This document shows, one piece after another, positions 20,529 through 28,448 of a stretch of 38,867 nt of DNA. Position 1 is the first letter of the stretch, and each line of letters opens with the position of its first letter. Position numbers and translations under genes: made by a program. A model generated the notes under the pieces. The model was not told where the DNA came from and made no database searches. It saw only the letters and a list, made by a program, of their open reading frames with translations. Source of the DNA: an uncultured bacterium (GTDB taxonomy: Bacteria > Latescibacterota > UBA2968 > UBA8231); NCBI GenBank assembly GCA_964012055.1, contig CAXGRO010000001.1, positions 1 through 38,867 of the forward strand, given 5' to 3'.

Positions 20529-22292
20529 ATGATGGAGGATAAGAAGACTTTATTAGCTTTTTTGTTTATTGGTTTAATTCTACTGGCCATGCCCTATTAC
20601 TACGAATTGGTGGGTTTGGATTCTAAACCAAAACCTGCTCAACAATCTGAGTCTGGCGAGATCACCCCCCAATCTTCATCTGATACTCCTCCTTTAAACC
20701 AACCCTCTAGTAGCTTTGATGCTCCTGTTATTGAGCAACCGGCAGGACGCGATTCTCGTGAACAATCTGTTGAGATGCCCACTTTATCCTCCTCGGAATC
20801 TTCCTCACAATTCACTACACCTCCGGTTGAATCGGCTAATTTTACACCTCGTAATGTAATAGTTAAAACCCCTCTACAAGAGCTCGTATTCACTACTAAG
20901 GGGGCTGAGCTTACATCTGTTCGTCTGTTGCGTTACGAGAATCAATTTCTAAAGGATAGGGTAGAGCTCATCACGTCTGGCGGAAATGGCCTCCGTCTTT
21001 CCATAAGCCACCGCCAGGGTACCCTCGATCTCTCCACTGCTGAGTTTTTCCCTGATCGCGAAGAACTTACTATATCACCTGGGGAAGAGGGTACCTTACG
21101 TTTTACAGCACAATTAGATGGCGGTATACAAATAGCTAAGGTATTCCGCTTTTCCAGCGATTCCTATGGTATAAATTTTGACTTAGAATACGCCGGTTTA
21201 GCCGATGACGGTCAAGCCGTTCTCCGTTGGCATAATGGCATTGCCCGAACTGAAAAAGAACCACCCGGTGGTTTTTTTGGCATGAGTGGCGCCCAGATTG
21301 TTCGCACCGTGGCGTTTATGAATGAGGAACGCATTCAAGTAGAACCCGAAGAGGATCTTAAGGACAAGGGTTTACTAAAGTGGGCTGGTATTGTGAATCC
21401 TTACTTTTTCATAGCCATTGCCCCTTTGGAGGAAGGTTATTATAACGTCGAACTAAACGGTCAAGATAGCGCGCTAGATTTATTTCTATGGTCTGGCGAT
21501 TCTTTTTCTATTGGATCGAGAGTAGAAGGAAGTGGCAAACTTTCCACTTTGATTTATGCAGGCCCCTTGGATTACGAACACCTTATTACTTATGAGCTGG
21601 ACCTGGAACAGGGTATCGACTTGGGTTACCCTATTATCCGAGATATCAGCAAAGTCCTGCTTATACTCTTTGTCGCCGCACACGAATACGTTCCCAATTA
21701 CGGTTGGGTGCTGGTCATTTTTGCTGTCTGTATAAAGATTTTGGTTTATCCTCTCACCCACAAGAGTTATGAGTCTATGGCAAAAATGCAGGAGGTCCAG
21801 CCCAAGATTACCGCCCTGCGTGATAAATACAAAAATGATCAACAGCGTCTCACTCAAGAAACTATGAAGCTATACAAAGAGGAGGGCGTCAATCCTCTAG
21901 GTGGTTGTCTGCCCATTCTCTTGCAAATGCCCATTTTCTTTGCCCTTTACAAATTGTTTTACTCTATAGAATTGCGCCACGAACCTTTCATACTTTGGAT
22001 TTCCGATCTATCTGTTCCTGACGAAATTCTAATTGGCGGATTTGGTCTGCACATTCTACCCCTTATTTTTGCTGTATCACAAGTATTCCAGTCCCGCATG
22101 ACCATGCGCGATCCCAAGCAGGCTTTTATAGTTTATTTAATGCCTGTCATGATGATATTCATCTTTTGGAGCTTGCCCTCTGGTTTGGTTCTGTATTGGA
22201 CCGTTTTTAATGTCTTAACCATTGGACAGCAATACCTCGTCAATCACCTCAAAAAAGGGCCCCCAGCGCCCCCACCTGTTGCTAAGGCTTGA
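20529..22292 (+). CDS. yidC: membrane protein insertase YidC
   Basis: 587 aa with an N-terminal TM, a large periplasmic domain and a C-terminal 5-TM insertase core (KILVYPLTHKSYESMAKMQEVQPKI...LPILLQMPIFFALY). Confidence 0.93.
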   Translation: MMEDKKTLLAFLFIGLILLAMPYYYELVGLDSKPKPAQQSESGEITPQSSSDTPPLNQPSSSFDAPVIEQPAGRDSREQSVEMPTLSSSESSSQFTTPPVESANFTPRNVIVKTPLQELVFTTKGAELTSVRLLRYENQFLKDRVELITSGGNGLRLSISHRQGTLDLSTAEFFPDREELTISPGEEGTLRFTAQLDGGIQIAKVFRFSSDSYGINFDLEYAGLADDGQAVLRWHNGIARTEKEPPGGFFGMSGAQIVRTVAFMNEERIQVEPEEDLKDKGLLKWAGIVNPYFFIAIAPLEEGYYNVELNGQDSALDLFLWSGDSFSIGSRVEGSGKLSTLIYAGPLDYEHLITYELDLEQGIDLGYPIIRDISKVLLILFVAAHEYVPNYGWVLVIFAVCIKILVYPLTHKSYESMAKMQEVQPKITALRDKYKNDQQRLTQETMKLYKEEGVNPLGGCLPILLQMPIFFALYKLFYSIELRHEPFILWISDLSVPDEILIGGFGLHILPLIFAVSQVFQSRMTMRDPKQAFIVYLMPVMMIFIFWSLPSGLVLYWTVFNVLTIGQQYLVNHLKKGPPAPPPVAKA

Positions 22293-23649
22293 AAATGTCT
22301 CCAACACAATCGTAGCTATATCCACGCCTCCTGGAGAGGGAGGGTTGGGAATAGTGCGATTGTCTGGCCCTGAGGCGATAGCTATTGGCAGGCAAGTTTT
22401 TGCTAGTAAACCTCCTTTAGGTAGCCGAATTCGCTTTGTGGAATTTGGCCGTGTTGTAGTAGATGGCCACTCAATTGATGAAGGCTTGGCCTGGGTTTTC
22501 CGAGCGCCCCGATCCTATACTGGCGAGGATACGGTTGAAATTTCTACGCATGGTAGTCTTCCTATCTTGGAACAGTTGGTTCAAGCCGCTCTCAACCATG
22601 GAGCCGCGCTGGCACAACCTGGAGAATTTACCCGCCGTGCTTTTCTCAATGGACGTCTAGATCTTCTCCAGGCTGAGGCCGTTGTCGACCTGATTCAAGC
22701 TGGTAGCAAGGGCAATTTAGAAAATGCCTATGGACACCTCCAGGGGCGATTATCTGCGTTTGTACAGCAACAAAAATCGTCTATTATTCAGGCTCTATCG
22801 CTAGTAGAAGTCGGTCTCGATTTCTCCCAAGAGGACATCGATGAAATCAGTCGTCAACATGTTTTGAATATACTCGATGGCGTTGTTCACTCCACTCAAC
22901 ACTTACTCGATACTTTTGAAGGATGCCGTCGTCGGCAGGACGGAGTCCTGGTGGTTCTTGTCGGACGTCCAAACGTTGGTAAGTCCACTTTACTCAATGC
23001 TTTCTTGGGTGAAGAACGAGCTATTGTAACTCCTATTCCTGGTACTACTCGAGATCTTATTGAAGGTCGGGCATATTGGAGTGGAGAGACAGTTCGTCTT
23101 GTCGATTCTGCTGGCATTCGTACTTCTTGCGACGCTGTAGAAAAAGAGGGGATTCACCGGGCTAGAAAGATCGTTGAATCGGCTGACTTTATTCTTGCTA
23201 TCTTGGATGCAGCAACCCCCTGGCAACCAGATGACGAACTCGTTCTTCAGCTTTTAAATAATAGACCTGCTATGATCCTTCTCAACAAGACAGATCTTCC
23301 TCGCCAATTAAATATTCCAACGGAGTTTTCATCTAGACATCCTACCGTTGATATTTCTGCACTTACGGGATATGGCCTAAGTCAGGTGCAACAGTTTGTA
23401 ATGGCTAATATACCTCCGCCTACTTTGATTGACGGTCTGGGGATAACCAGGCAGAGACACCGCGATTGTCTTTTAGGTGTAGTTAAGTCTTGTGTTACAG
23501 CAAAAGATATGTTAATTACAGGTCAGCCGGATGAATGTATCGTTGCAGAACTTCAAGAGTCTCTGAACGCTTTGGGCCATATTTTGGGAGAGAATGTCAC
23601 TGATGACGTGCTCGACCGTATTTTTTCCGAGTTTTGTATTGGTAAATAG
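22222..23649 (+). CDS. mnmE: tRNA modification GTPase MnmE
   Basis: TIVAISTPPGEGGLGIVRLSG at the N-terminus, a G domain (GRPNVGKSTLLN, DSAG, NKTD) and C-terminal FCIGK. The likely real start is TTG at 22279 rather than 22222, which would overlap yidC by 71 nt. Confidence 0.92.
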   Translation: MDSNTSSITSKKGPQRPHLLLRLENVSNTIVAISTPPGEGGLGIVRLSGPEAIAIGRQVFASKPPLGSRIRFVEFGRVVVDGHSIDEGLAWVFRAPRSYTGEDTVEISTHGSLPILEQLVQAALNHGAALAQPGEFTRRAFLNGRLDLLQAEAVVDLIQAGSKGNLENAYGHLQGRLSAFVQQQKSSIIQALSLVEVGLDFSQEDIDEISRQHVLNILDGVVHSTQHLLDTFEGCRRRQDGVLVVLVGRPNVGKSTLLNAFLGEERAIVTPIPGTTRDLIEGRAYWSGETVRLVDSAGIRTSCDAVEKEGIHRARKIVESADFILAILDAATPWQPDDELVLQLLNNRPAMILLNKTDLPRQLNIPTEFSSRHPTVDISALTGYGLSQVQQFVMANIPPPTLIDGLGITRQRHRDCLLGVVKSCVTAKDMLITGQPDECIVAELQESLNALGHILGENVTDDVLDRIFSEFCIGK

Positions 23650-23654
23650 AGTAT

Positions 23655-23670
23655 TGTTCCACGTGAAACA
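23655..23670. promoter_or_regulatory. parS site (ParB binding)
   Basis: tgttccacgtgaaaca matches the consensus tGTTNCACGTGAAACa exactly. Confidence 0.8.
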
Positions 23671-24351
23671 TTGGAATCGGAAGAAGCTGAAATGTTTCAC
23701 GTGAAACATTGGACCAAGTCGCTGCAAGATGATTTCAATCTTGCTGTGAAAGAGGTTAATACAATAGGGCTGGGTAAATATGGTGACGAAGAATTTGAAA
23801 AGCTAAAGCAATATATAGACTTATTGTTGTTCTGGTCAAAGAGAATAAACCTGATAGCTAAAAACGACAGAGATAACCTTACCACAAAACACATTCTTCC
23901 AGCTCTTGAGATAATTCCACTAATAAGAGCACTGCCACATAAAACAATTATGGATTTTGGTTCAGGAGCAGGTATACCGGGCATTCCACTAAAGATATAT
24001 ATGCCAGAAGTAGACTTCATTCTATTGGAGAGCAGAAGGAAGAGGGCACATTTTCTAAGAGAGGTCAACCGGAAGCTCGATCTAAAAAACATAACAGTGG
24101 TTAATCAGAGAATAGAGCAGATAAAAGCATTAGAGAAAGTTGAGCTTGTGGTAACGCGAGCAGCTGCAGATGCCAACGAACTGTTCCCACTAGTAAGGCC
24201 CCATCTAAAGTCGTACGGGAATGTAGTAAGTTACCTTAGTCGAAATATGATAAACGAAAAAAAGAGTAGGGATGTCAGAGTATTATACCAGAGACAATGG
24301 GTAGGTTCTAGCAATGCTACAGTAGGCTTATTGTGGCCGAGAAGTGGATAA
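23671..24351 (+). CDS. rsmG: 16S rRNA (guanine527-N7)-methyltransferase RsmG (GidB)
   Basis: 226 aa with the SAM motif DFGSGAGIPGIPL, in the position after mnmE. The start is TTG at 23671 or ATG at 23692. Confidence 0.88.
   Translation: MESEEAEMFHVKHWTKSLQDDFNLAVKEVNTIGLGKYGDEEFEKLKQYIDLLLFWSKRINLIAKNDRDNLTTKHILPALEIIPLIRALPHKTIMDFGSGAGIPGIPLKIYMPEVDFILLESRRKRAHFLREVNRKLDLKNITVVNQRIEQIKALEKVELVVTRAAADANELFPLVRPHLKSYGNVVSYLSRNMINEKKSRDVRVLYQRQWVGSSNATVGLLWPRSG
23693..23708. promoter_or_regulatory. parS site (ParB binding), perfect palindrome
   Basis: tgtttcacgtgaaaca is a 16/16 palindrome. It overlaps the in-frame ATG (23692) of rsmG. Confidence 0.8.
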
Positions 24352-24371
24352 AGGTGAGGGTTTCGAACATT

Positions 24372-24534
24372 TTGTCCACATTAGGCAAGGTTAAATATGT
24401 GGATAAGAAATGGCAAAAGATTGCCAGCAATGTTTCATTAATTCTATAATTCTATAGAGATAGAGGCAGAAATAAGACGGGATTTGACGAGTGTTTAGAT
24501 TGTGGATAATCAATAAGAAGATGGATGTGGAAAA
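24372..24534. promoter_or_regulatory. second DnaA-box cluster
   Basis: Perfect TGTGGATAA at 24398-24406 and 24501-24509. One-mismatch boxes are ttgtccaca (24372-24380) and tgtggaaaa (24526-24534). All lie in an AT-rich 278-nt spacer. Confidence 0.6.
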
Positions 24535-24629
24535 GAAAAATAAAAACTTGCAAGTGAGGGGTTTAAAGTCCTATATTTTAAAACTCAGAGTTAGCCAAAA
24601 ACTCTAATGTTTATAAACGGAGCAGAACT

Positions 24630-25235
24630 GTGTTAGGGCAGTATTTAAAAGCCATCGCCAACGCAATTTTAAGACCACTGGCTCAATTTTTTATCCGCTT
24701 AGGTTTCCGTCCAGATTGGGTAACCATGTTTGGCTTGGTATTAAATATTGTTGCCACAGGTGCATTTGCGGTGGGCTACCTGCGTTGGGGAGCAGCTATT
24801 ATGCTGTTGGCTGGGGTGTGCGACATACTCGACGGACAGGTTGCCAGAGAGGGCAGAAAAGAAACAAAGTTTGGGGCTTTATTAGATTCAACAGCAGACA
24901 GATACTCCGAGATCTTCCTCTTTTTTGGCATTGGGGCGTATTTGATCCAACAGGAAGAATGGGTGCTTAGTGCAATTCTATTCTTTGCCTTAACTGGATC
25001 CCTCATGGTGAGTTATGTAAGGGCGCGAGCTGAGGGATTGGGCGAAGATTGCAAGGTAGGGGTCATGCAACGTCCAGAGCGTATTGTAGCTCTTGCTCTA
25101 GGTGGATTGTTGGGACATCATGGCCTAGCTTTTGTATTAGTGGTTTTAGCTGTGACGACAAACTATACGGTCATCGAACGTCTTACCTATATACGCAACA
25201 AGCTAAAGTCGGGCACCAGCCCTTCTGCTCCCTAG
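24630..25235 (+). CDS. CDP-alcohol phosphatidyltransferase family protein
   Basis: Exact family signature D-x2-DG-x2-AR-x8-G-x3-D-x3-D in DILDGQVAREGRKETKFGALLDSTAD. Multi-TM. Substrate not assignable. Confidence 0.8.
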   Translation: MLGQYLKAIANAILRPLAQFFIRLGFRPDWVTMFGLVLNIVATGAFAVGYLRWGAAIMLLAGVCDILDGQVAREGRKETKFGALLDSTADRYSEIFLFFGIGAYLIQQEEWVLSAILFFALTGSLMVSYVRARAEGLGEDCKVGVMQRPERIVALALGGLLGHHGLAFVLVVLAVTTNYTVIERLTYIRNKLKSGTSPSAP

Positions 25236-25300
25236 GAGCTTCTGGGTCGCATAAGCCTACAGACATTTTTTTCGTATTCTTCTGATTTCGAGTCCCTCTT

Positions 25301-25945
25301 TTGTCCACCCCCTTATTTATTGTTTTTGAAGGTATCGATGGTAGTGGTACCACTACGCAAGTTAATTGGCTCAAAGATAATATAGAAACCATAAACTGCG
25401 CAGAAGTAGTAGTTACCAGAGAACCGGGTGGCACGCCACTGGCGGAGAGCATACGCCAGTTGGTGTTAGATCCAGAAGCGGCTGAAATGCATTTTAAAAC
25501 GGAACTGCTACTTTACGCCGCTAGCCGGGCCCAGCACGTACACGAGCTAATATTACCTGAGCTGCAAGCTGGGAGACCGGTTTTGTGCGACCGTTATATT
25601 GCCTCGACCTTGGCCTACCAGGGGTACGGTAGAGGGTTGGATTTGTCCATGATAAAAAAAATAAATGAAATGGTGGTGGGTGACTGCCTACCCGATCTGA
25701 CCATTTATCTGGACCTGCCAGTATCGGTGGCGAGTCAGCGACGCCAGCATAGAGAGGAGCCAGAAGACCGCTTGGAACGAGCGGGAGACGAATTACAGGC
25801 AAGAGTGGCTCAGGGGTATAGGGAGCTAGCAGCTGAACAACACACTAGTTCGCTGCTACTAGATGGCACAATGAGCGAAGAGAATTTAGCAAAAGAGATT
25901 CACCGACAACTAAGCACTCGCTGGCCGTCCTTTCCGTTCAAATAG
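25301..25945 (+). CDS. tmk: thymidylate kinase
   Basis: P-loop FEGIDGSGTTTQ and CDRYIASTLAYQG. TTG start. Confidence 0.9.
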   Translation: MSTPLFIVFEGIDGSGTTTQVNWLKDNIETINCAEVVVTREPGGTPLAESIRQLVLDPEAAEMHFKTELLLYAASRAQHVHELILPELQAGRPVLCDRYIASTLAYQGYGRGLDLSMIKKINEMVVGDCLPDLTIYLDLPVSVASQRRQHREEPEDRLERAGDELQARVAQGYRELAAEQHTSSLLLDGTMSEENLAKEIHRQLSTRWPSFPFK

Positions 25946-25956
25946 AGAAAGCGCCA

Positions 25957-27846
25957 ATGAAAGAACAAACACGACAAAAATGGATGGGCAGGTGGATTGC
26001 ATTTCTGTTACTGCTTCCGACTAACATAGGAGGTAGTCCTACTGCGGATCCCTACGATGAAGTAAATGAGAACTGGGATCGCTTCGGGGCCGTTTACAGT
26101 CGCATCTTGGAATATTATTACTCAGAGCTGAACCATTCAGACATAATGCGAGCTGCCATAGAAGGCATGCTGGAAGAGCTGGACACTTACAGCCAATTTT
26201 ACGATGCGGAGGGTTTGCGGCAGCTGCGTCAAGACACGACCGGAAAATTTGAGGGATTGGGAATTACGGTCGCAATCAAGGATCACTACCCAGTAGTTAT
26301 CGCTCCCATAGAGGGCAGTCCGGCATTTGAAGCGGGACTTTTGCCGGGAGATCTGATTGTAGCTGTGGAAGACGAAGATACCTATGATTTGACTTTAGAA
26401 GAGGTGGTCCGTCTACTGAGAGGGGAACCGGGTTCTGCGGTGAGAATACGCGTTGCCACTAGGGGAGGGGCTCCCAGCCGCGAGTTGGAAATAGTGAGAA
26501 AAACCATCACGATCAAAAGTGTAGCTTTAATCGAAGTGCTTGACCACGACATTGGTTATATATCCTTACGACAGACGCGTTTTTCAGAAGACACCGCGGC
26601 CGAAGTAGAGGAAGCGCTGGAACAGTTAAAAAAGAGAAATATAGTTGGGTTGGTTCTCGATTTGCGGGGAAATCCAGGCGGACTGCTAAGCCAGGCTACC
26701 CGAGTGGCCGACTTATTTCTACCCAAGGATGCGGCAATTGTATCCATTCGGGAACGCAATGGAAGACAAGAGGAGGTCAGGTATTCACAAAGACGGCCCA
26801 TAGCCGGCGACCTGCCGTTGGTAGTGTTGATAGATGAAGGGAGTGCTAGTGCATCAGAGATAGTGGCAGGGGCGATTCAAGACAACGATCGGGGGGTCAT
26901 ATTGGGAACGGCTTCTTTTGGCAAAGGGTCCGTACAAACCATATTTGATCTGCACGAAACAAAGGACAATGCATTAAAACTGACCACCGCACTTTATTAC
27001 ACTCCCAGCGGTCGCAGTATACACCGAGAATCGCCAGCTACCTCGCGCGGTTTGTTTTCAGAAGTGCCGTTTGCCGGTATTAAGCTGCCGGCCGGCGTAG
27101 TTTTGGATATGGTGGTTAAAGCGGAAGATCTGAATCAAGCTAAAGCCGCTATCAGAGCTCGGTTTGGCTTGGAAGAAGCAGATATAGAGCAGGTTCTTGC
27201 TGTGCCGTTCAGCAGTCTGGTGAGTCCCAGCACAAAGGATAAAGACCCAAATACGAGACCTGAAACAGCAGAGGAGAAAAACCAGTCCTTCTATACAACT
27301 AAGAAAAGAGAGGTATTTGGCGGAGGCGGTATTAGTCCAGATATAGAAGTCGCAGCCAATGACCTGCCTAGATCTGTGATGGATTTGAATAGGCGCCGCC
27401 TGTTCTTTGACTTTGTGGTAGATTACGTTTCGGCGGACTCAAGTCTAATGTTGGCAGAGGAAGTGCCAGAAGTAAACGAGGCTATGATGGAAGCTTTTTT
27501 TGAACATTTAATAAGCAAAGCTGAGAAAAACGAATTTTATCGACCTGGCCAACAAGAGTTGGAGGGATTGACAAAACTGGCCGATGAAATGAAATGGAGT
27601 CCAGAAGTACAGCAGACCATTGGCATTTTAAAAGAAAAACTAAAAGAGGATTTTGTACAGGGGTTGAGGACAGAGCTGACGCCTTATATCACCAATGCAC
27701 TCAAACGCGAATTGACGCTCAGGTTAAAAGGTAGGAACGAGAGTCTGCGCATAGAGTTGGAGAACGACATGCCATTGGATACTGCAATAGAACTGCTCAT
27801 AGACGAGCGGCGTTATACTCGCTTGCTACAAGACGGCGCTTCCTAA
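25957..27846 (+). CDS. S41 family C-terminal processing peptidase with long C-terminal extension
   Basis: Signal-like N-terminus, PDZ domain (GSPAFEAGLLPGDLIVAV), DLRGNPGGLL, GSASASEIVAGAIQD and GTASFGKGSVQ. Confidence 0.9.
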   Translation: MKEQTRQKWMGRWIAFLLLLPTNIGGSPTADPYDEVNENWDRFGAVYSRILEYYYSELNHSDIMRAAIEGMLEELDTYSQFYDAEGLRQLRQDTTGKFEGLGITVAIKDHYPVVIAPIEGSPAFEAGLLPGDLIVAVEDEDTYDLTLEEVVRLLRGEPGSAVRIRVATRGGAPSRELEIVRKTITIKSVALIEVLDHDIGYISLRQTRFSEDTAAEVEEALEQLKKRNIVGLVLDLRGNPGGLLSQATRVADLFLPKDAAIVSIRERNGRQEEVRYSQRRPIAGDLPLVVLIDEGSASASEIVAGAIQDNDRGVILGTASFGKGSVQTIFDLHETKDNALKLTTALYYTPSGRSIHRESPATSRGLFSEVPFAGIKLPAGVVLDMVVKAEDLNQAKAAIRARFGLEEADIEQVLAVPFSSLVSPSTKDKDPNTRPETAEEKNQSFYTTKKREVFGGGGISPDIEVAANDLPRSVMDLNRRRLFFDFVVDYVSADSSLMLAEEVPEVNEAMMEAFFEHLISKAEKNEFYRPGQQELEGLTKLADEMKWSPEVQQTIGILKEKLKEDFVQGLRTELTPYITNALKRELTLRLKGRNESLRIELENDMPLDTAIELLIDERRYTRLLQDGAS

Positions 27847-28448
27847 GCAGTAAGGATAAAGAGCTTGCCGGTCCTTTGCTCGTTTAGTATTTTACCTCAA
27901 AGAGAACACAAAAAAACACTAATATTTTCTATATTTTAATCTGATCGTCCAGACGATCCAGGGTTGTGGTTTAATCGCAGGCCCAGAGGAATTGCTCGCA
28001 TTCGATAGGGCGAGCATATATCTTGTTAAGATTTTGTATTTTATTCGTTTTCTGCGTTTAAAAGAAGTGCTGCTTGAGCGGGACAAATAGTTGTAAATCC
28101 ACTTGTCGGCCCAATGTAAGGAGAATATCCAATTAGCAGGCGCCCTATTGCCGCTAGGCTTCGAGCCCCAACAATTACTGCAGCCGAACGCAGATTGTGC
28201 GATCTTGCCCGAATCGCAGTGAGATGGTCAAGTGAATAGACGAGTTTGTCTATTCGGATACGAGATCTTCAAATACACGATGTTCCTTCCTCAAAGCCTA
28301 TCTGTGGTATTGTAAAAGTCGCAGATCAACAGGCGGATTTTGTACTAACACTTCCCCTGGTTCGCACCCGTCGCAGCTCCAATAGATTGGCGTTAAAGTA
28401 GCGCTGTTCGCAGCGACGGGGACAAGGCGATCTATCTAAGGAAGTACA

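Noticed and set aside
22222-22292. 71-nt yidC/mnmE overlap as a programmed frameshift or fusion
   Set aside because: An in-frame TTG at 22279 gives an MnmE N-terminus of normal length with only a 14-nt overlap. The long overlap is an ORF-caller artefact.
23512-23727. 71-aa minus-strand ORF containing MFHVKH
   Set aside because: The MFHVKH peptide is the palindromic parS site read as protein, and the ORF overlaps the mnmE 3' end.
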